Of a DNA stretch of 64,000 nucleotides, positions 58,537-64,000 are shown piece after piece. The DNA is from Williopsis jadinii. Lineage: Eukaryota. The position numbers were made by a program, and so were the translations under genes. Location: the NCBI GenBank assembly GCA_024346625.1, contig AP024664.1, positions 992,001 through 1,056,000 of the forward strand. Direction: 5' to 3'. The notes beneath the pieces are model-generated. The model was not told the DNA's origin, searched no databases, and worked only from the letters and a program-made list of their open reading frames with translations. Each line of letters opens with the position of its first letter. Positions within the stretch are counted from its first letter, which is position 1.

Positions 58537-60123
58537 TCATAAGGTGGCCATTGTTGACTCGAAAGGGATATCTCCATCGTCTGAGTCACAGCACCAGTCT
58601 TTAATCTCGTTAAGCATACGCGCAGAGTTAAGCATGTCCTGTTTCCACTCTTCAGTTCTCATTCTGTACTCAAGAACTTCACAACCTTCAATAAGAACTG
58701 CTTCTCCTCTTTGGTATTTGAGTCTTTGAAAAAGCACCAAAGGCTTGAAGTTAGTAAGAGCTAGGATGTGTCTAATCTCCAGGACAGACACGTTTGAAAA
58801 CAACCCTTCTGCGAAGATGCGTGGTAGCGAGTTGTTTGTGAGTTGGACACAGCCATTCAGAGAGAGCCTAGTGAGCGTATCTGAAGAAGTAAGGGCCAAT
58901 GTCCAAAGACCGTTATCTGTGATAGAACAGCCAGCAAGACCTAATGTCTCGATTTGTGTATATTTCGACACAGCGTTCAAAGTCAGATCTGTAATCTTCG
59001 AAGATTGAGAATGACGACCCAAGTTTAACGTTGTAATGTTATTACAGTTAAACAGCAGGTTGACCATGCCTTTGTCAGTGACCAAACCACATGCTCTGAG
59101 ATCCAAGGTCTCTAATTGAGGACAGTGTCTGGCCACCATGTTAAGAAATTGATCATCAACAACTCGGGAACCAGGTAGAACAAGCTTCTTCAATCCCAAA
59201 CCTGCAAACATAAGGGAGCTTGGTAAAACCTTTGGACAGATGTACATTTCAATCCATTCCAAACTTCCACTCACAAACGGGGCAACAGTTTCAATCTCCT
59301 CTTGTTCTGCATGTGGTAGTTTGTGCATGATGAATAACTTAGTGTTGGATTTTGATCTTGTCAACTGACAACGTTTTGGAGATCTTTGAACAAACTTATC
59401 CCATTTGGCTGCATCTGCAAAGAATAACTTTGTAGTGGCAACTTCTTTAGCAACTTGGTACCAGAGCTTGTTCACAAATAAACAATTGTACAATGAATTA
59501 CAGTGACTATAATCAGCGATTGGGTTTCCCTCAGGATCCAAAGTACTGGTCACGGCATCAGACCAGGCTTTCTGTGCTTTGGCCTCATCCTTGTATATCA
59601 AAAGAGCATGTTGGTAAGAGAGAGGTCTTCTTCTGATTGGTGGACGCTCAATTGGAACAGAAGTATCCACATCGACAAATGTCAAGATCTTTGTCAAGAT
59701 CTCAGGAATGCGAAATATAGGATGGCATTGGTCATGATCAATTTGCAGCGACAATTGGGAAAATATCTCCACTGAATGAGCACCAACACTTGGTTTGCGT
59801 GGTGTAGCTAAAGTCTGTGGAGTATCTGGGGTGAATGGATGAAAACAAGTGGTGTCCTTGATTGGTGTAGACAGTGGACTAGGGAATGGTGTTTCATCGC
59901 TGTCCTCTTCGGAGCTTGGTGATAAATCTCTAGAGCTTGAAAACACACTTTTGAACTTTGTAACAAGGCGGTTCTTGTTAGGAGGTATCCTGGATGGTTT
60001 TCTTGTTGGTGTGACTGGGAACACAATGCGAGGTGAACCGTAGAATCTCTTTGCGGGTCTCGAAGACTCACAACAATCATCTTCTTCATTGACTCGTTTA
60101 TAAGAATGTGAAGATGCTGCCAT
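58537..60123 (-). CDS. AMN1: Antagonist of mitotic exit network Amn1 (atypical F-box/LRR)
   Basis: IFRIPEI, RRRPLSYQHALL, WIEMYICP, LDLRAC, NLGRH, LRR repeats. ATG at 60123. Confidence 0.92.
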   Translation of the reverse strand: MAASSHSYKRVNEEDDCCESSRPAKRFYGSPRIVFPVTPTRKPSRIPPNKNRLVTKFKSVFSSSRDLSPSSEEDSDETPFPSPLSTPIKDTTCFHPFTPDTPQTLATPRKPSVGAHSVEIFSQLSLQIDHDQCHPIFRIPEILTKILTFVDVDTSVPIERPPIRRRPLSYQHALLIYKDEAKAQKAWSDAVTSTLDPEGNPIADYSHCNSLYNCLFVNKLWYQVAKEVATTKLFFADAAKWDKFVQRSPKRCQLTRSKSNTKLFIMHKLPHAEQEEIETVAPFVSGSLEWIEMYICPKVLPSSLMFAGLGLKKLVLPGSRVVDDQFLNMVARHCPQLETLDLRACGLVTDKGMVNLLFNCNNITTLNLGRHSQSSKITDLTLNAVSKYTQIETLGLAGCSITDNGLWTLALTSSDTLTRLSLNGCVQLTNNSLPRIFAEGLFSNVSVLEIRHILALTNFKPLVLFQRLKYQRGEAVLIEGCEVLEYRMRTEEWKQDMLNSARMLNEIKDWCCDSDDGDIPFESTMATL

Positions 60124-62853
60124 AGTAAACCAAGAAGAATAAAACAAATGAAGAAAGTGAACGGGTAACGAACGGAGACAAACAAACGAGTGGATAGAGT
60201 TTAACGAGTGACAGAGTAGTTGGAAAGTGTGGTATCAAAGGAGTGGACGTCAACGCAACTTAATGGTGACAAAAGTTTTGGTTCAGGACTTCAGTTTTTC
60301 GACAGCTTGGAAGTTTTGGTGAGTTGAAATCAAGTATGCAATCCGGAGGACTGATAAGTGTATGAACGGTATGTGTATGAGAGAGTCTTCCTCCTTTCTT
60401 GGCCCTGGACGGGGGAATGTTGGACTGGTGAATATGTGTGTAGATTTGGATACAAAAAAGGATATGTGATGTGAAAAAGGGGTCCTTTGTTCTTCCGCTG
60501 CAAAGTGAAACGACAAAGGGATCAATTATGGGCTTGTTGAAGAGTCAACTGGGAACAGCTCAACCTCACAAGACACTGCATTGGACACATGGAATATCAG
60601 TTCTTTATGGAAGTATTTATAAAAGTGGACGGAACCACCCAGAGTGTACCAGCCATTTATTGAAGACGTCGTCCCAGGCAGAGAGCGGTTTTGAAACATT
60701 GGCGTTGCTGCTGCCTGAAAGCACGAAATATGCACGCGAAACGCTTTTCGAGCCAGCCAAAACGCGGGTAATAAAAATGCACATGGAAGTGCTAAGCAGA
60801 CCAAAAAGAGAAAGCATTAGCTGGGAATAAATGATAAGGAGGTGTAAAATAAGGGCTGTTCAGTGTGAATGGAAACGTGGTTCTAAGTCCATTGCACGCT
60901 ATCCTTTGCACAGCTTTGGCCAGACCGGGGAAGGAAGGGCATTGCACGTTTTCCATTGAATCCGTAGTTGCGAAACGATGAGACTCCGTTAATTACGTAG
61001 TGCGTTCGCGCTCCTGTACGTTTTCCACTTGTTTACCTTTTTCGAAATTGGCGGAGGGAGGGCTGGCAAGACGAGCGACACTGTTGGCTGTGAGAGGCGA
61101 GTTGAGACAAACAACCAAGCTTACGCGCCGTGAGCGCCAGAGCGTAAGGGAAATGGCTTAACCAGAGACTGAGACACTAAACCTAAGGTGGGTTGGTGTA
61201 CGGTCCACACAATAAAGGCCTAATCGATTACGCTGCCAAACCTGAGACAAGACGTCGCTACCAGTACAAAGTTCTACTCGCAGGTGAGAGGTGGGTGCTT
61301 ATTGTCTCTGCTGACAAATTCCCCATGTAATCAGACCAGTTAGAGACCTCTGTCTCAATTTGCACTATGTTGGTGTTGTTATTCCCCTTAATGTGTAGCG
61401 TTGAGTTAACCCAATTATTAAGAGTCCACTTCGCATTTGGAATTCTGGGACACCAGTGTTGCAGGGAGAGATACGGGGGTTCCCGCTCACCATAACAAGG
61501 AACAAAGGCAGTAGCTGGAACCACCACGACGTCTCATTGAGAATCCATCGCTTAGCCGATTACAATAGCTGGTCGATAACAGGGGTTTAGGCATGTCATT
61601 CAACATTCCACAATCCACTTACATAATGTACATGTTCCTCCCTTTCAAGTTGGAAACATAAACGCAGATTTAGCCTGTGTTCCTGCGGCACCCAGGTGCT
61701 GGCGCGGGTCCTGGGTGCTGTGTTGGTCCAGCTCAGGCGGTGGGTGGCAGGAACTACTGCTAGGGAAAATAACAGCTTTCCGCCACGGCAGGTTGAAGTT
61801 TCCAGTTATGCAGACAGCGAAGCGGGAAGTTTTGACAAAAGAACCGACAAACCAACCACCGCCATCACCGTCACAATCACCACCTGGGTGTTGTAGATCT
61901 TTGCAATGTGCTTTATATGAGTAAAGTTGGTCGTGAATAAGCTGAACCTGTACTGGGATGCATTAGGGGCCGTCCATTGACCATATATGGGAACAACAGA
62001 CGAATATGTTGGTAGCTGTTTTCGGTTCTCATAAAGTGTACTTTGGAAAACTATATGGACAGCATCTGACTACCAATTAACCTCTGGCATTCACAGAACG
62101 CCGTTTGAGGATAATTTCTGATGGCTTTTGATATGGGACCTAAAGCTCTAGGAATGTAGTCAATGGACAACGACACCACCACGCCACATGCGGAGATAAC
62201 TCATCACTTCCCCATGCTAACGACCAATGGTCCCTTTTAGGGGCCTTTTTGCTTGGAGTTGAAGGTAGGAGAGAACTTTCAGCCTTCCTTTCACTTGTAA
62301 TTCACATCCAAACATTTCCTACGAGAGCCTGGCGGTTCTTTGGGGTTTTCGTAACTAGTGGCGAAAACAAACGAAAAACTCAATCCGCAAAATCCCGGAA
62401 TTAGGCAATAAATTCGCGCAAATTATTCGTTAGCTTGTGCGCAAAAACCGAAAGTGAACAACCCACAAAAAACACAGCAGGAAGGGAAACGCCGCCGCAA
62501 AAATTCAAAAGAGAAAAAAAACATTCACTGTTGAGAAATAAAACATAAACAACAAAAAACTTACAAATACAACACAACTAGTTTTATACTATTATAGCGG
62601 CTATTTTCTAAGCGGGCGGTAAGCTTCCAAACTGTTGAGGATTGTTACACCCTAATATCTTCTCATTGATCCCATACCAATATCCCCATATATCACATTT
62701 GTTTGTCATTTCATTTCTATTCAGATATTGTGTGATTGGGTATTTACGGAGAAAACAGAAAGTAGGGACAACAGAGAATACACTACTGATTGGTTGGGCG
62801 CGGTAACGTGTGTATATATACACATACACAGCATTATACATACATCCTAGCCG

Positions 62854-64000
62854 ATGTCTGGTTACAGAGGCCAGCGGCCTGGTGCTTCGAGCCGGCCGGG
62901 TTCGATAGGCTCTACAGGTTCATCCTATGATGGGTTTTCAAGGCATCGTTATTCGGAACAACAACATTCTTCTCAGCAAAGCTCACAACAGCCCGGTGGG
63001 TCATCATCAGGGTCTACTTATAAACCATACTGGCAGTCACGAAGCTCTTCATCCTATGGTAGCTTCAGAGGTGATAACAGAGATTACCGTGAAAGAGACA
63101 GAGACAGGGACAGTAGGGAGAGAGATGTAAGGGATAGAGATGTAAGGGATAGAGAAGTTAGGGACCGGGAAAGGGTACCGTCGCAGTCAGAGAGGTATGG
63201 TGCACCACGTAGAGGTGGTTATTATTCATCAATTGCATATTCTGGGAGGAATAGGGATCCTTATTTCTCAAGGAGTCAACCTCCAAGAAGGGGATATAAC
63301 ACATACAATAATTATTCAGAAAGAAATGGAGGCAATCCCAATTACCGTGATAGAAGACAGAGGGAATCTTATGGAAGTAGGTATGGTACCAGCCGTCACT
63401 CCTCCCTGAGCGGACCAGGATTACGAGAAGATGTCGACAACTCTTGGAAAACTGGCCATGATCAACATCACGAATCGGAGTATGATAGAACGTCGAGCGG
63501 CTCTGATTACCAAAGAGCTCCACGACCATCACTGATACCCAAGGACTTTAAGGATGACGTTGATGATGACGAAGAAGAAGATTTGATCTTGGGAAAAGCC
63601 AGTCGTAACAGTTTGTCCACTGAAAATACTGAGACGGTAACGAAGAGAGAAACCAGTGTCCATTCTGATAGTGCACACGAAGCATCAGACAATGCACATG
63701 AAGAATCTCATCAAGAAACTGTGAGCGCTGATGAAGAAGTTGAAGAAAACACAAAGAGTATCACAGAAGGATCAAAGAAGCTCCAAGAAGAGCCAAAGAA
63801 TGTTGAAGAAAAACCGAAGGATGCGGTACAGGGAAAACTTGAAACTGCTGCAGACAATACAACAGAAAAGAGAACCGGAGAGACCACTGATACCAAAACC
63901 TTCGAAAACTCAGATAAACAAATACCGGAGAAGTCCTCAATTCTCGAAGCAGTATCCAATGAACCAGAAACACTCCAACAAGTCAAGTCCTTAGACGATG
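62854..64000 (+). CDS. Large protein, 5' part only: R/S/Y/G- and RD-repeat-rich N-terminus then an acidic region (possibly Snt1-like, unproven)
   Basis: Not in the ORF track. Open from ATG 62854 (MSGYRGQRPG...) to the window end with no stop; no folded domain is visible. Confidence 0.8.
   Translation, partial: MSGYRGQRPGASSRPGSIGSTGSSYDGFSRHRYSEQQHSSQQSSQQPGGSSSGSTYKPYWQSRSSSSYGSFRGDNRDYRERDRDRDSRERDVRDRDVRDREVRDRERVPSQSERYGAPRRGGYYSSIAYSGRNRDPYFSRSQPPRRGYNTYNNYSERNGGNPNYRDRRQRESYGSRYGTSRHSSLSGPGLREDVDNSWKTGHDQHHESEYDRTSSGSDYQRAPRPSLIPKDFKDDVDDDEEEDLILGKASRNSLSTENTETVTKRETSVHSDSAHEASDNAHEESHQETVSADEEVEENTKSITEGSKKLQEEPKNVEEKPKDAVQGKLETAADNTTEKRTGETTDTKTFENSDKQIPEKSSILEAVSNEPETLQQVKSLDD

Noticed and set aside
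61258..61527. 89-aa ORF in the large intergenic region
   Set aside because: GTG start, an in-frame stop just upstream, no motif and no splice signals that rescue it.
62617..62850. 5'UTR intron before the last ORF (GTAAGC...TACTGAT...TAG)
   Set aside because: Donor and branch are both non-consensus and the branch-acceptor distance (~60 nt) is unlike the other introns here; not supportable without RNA data.

Overview
Gene-dense window from a budding yeast (Saccharomycotina) nuclear chromosome. The genetic code is standard: CTG sits at invariant Leu positions of Vma1 (DNLVGE, WGLDK). The single-copy, interleaved gene order is pre-whole-genome-duplication-like; a Cyberlindnera/Wickerhamomyces-type yeast is my guess only. 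I count about 37 protein genes and one intronless tRNA-Pro(UGG). Several genes are absent or wrongly started in the ORF track. These are a 3'-truncated DEN1/SENP8-like deneddylase at the left edge, spliced RPL38, TIF35, DYN2, VMA1 and LGE1-like genes, the 25-codon RPL41 with a 5'UTR intron, and a long R/S/Y/D-rich ORF running off the right edge. Highlights: (1) three gene families S. cerevisiae lacks: DEN1-like (head-to-head with MET30), an OCRL/INPP5B-like 5-phosphatase with ASH-RhoGAP-like tail, and a short kinesin-3 (head-to-head with dynein light chain DYN2). (2) An intein-free VMA1. (3) Rap1-type and Tbf1/Cbf1-type ribosomal-protein promoters in the same genome. (4) A perfect (CCG-N7)x4 Aro80-type element plus a Gcn4 site upstream of an ARO8-like gene. 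(5) Nested RNA stems in the RPL41 intron and 3' flank. (6) Two orphan ORFs with MSE-like sites. No transposon, CRISPR array or rRNA was seen, and I cannot demonstrate a wholly new system from sequence alone. Gene names and synteny come from motif recognition and recalled S. cerevisiae gene order, not from database searches.
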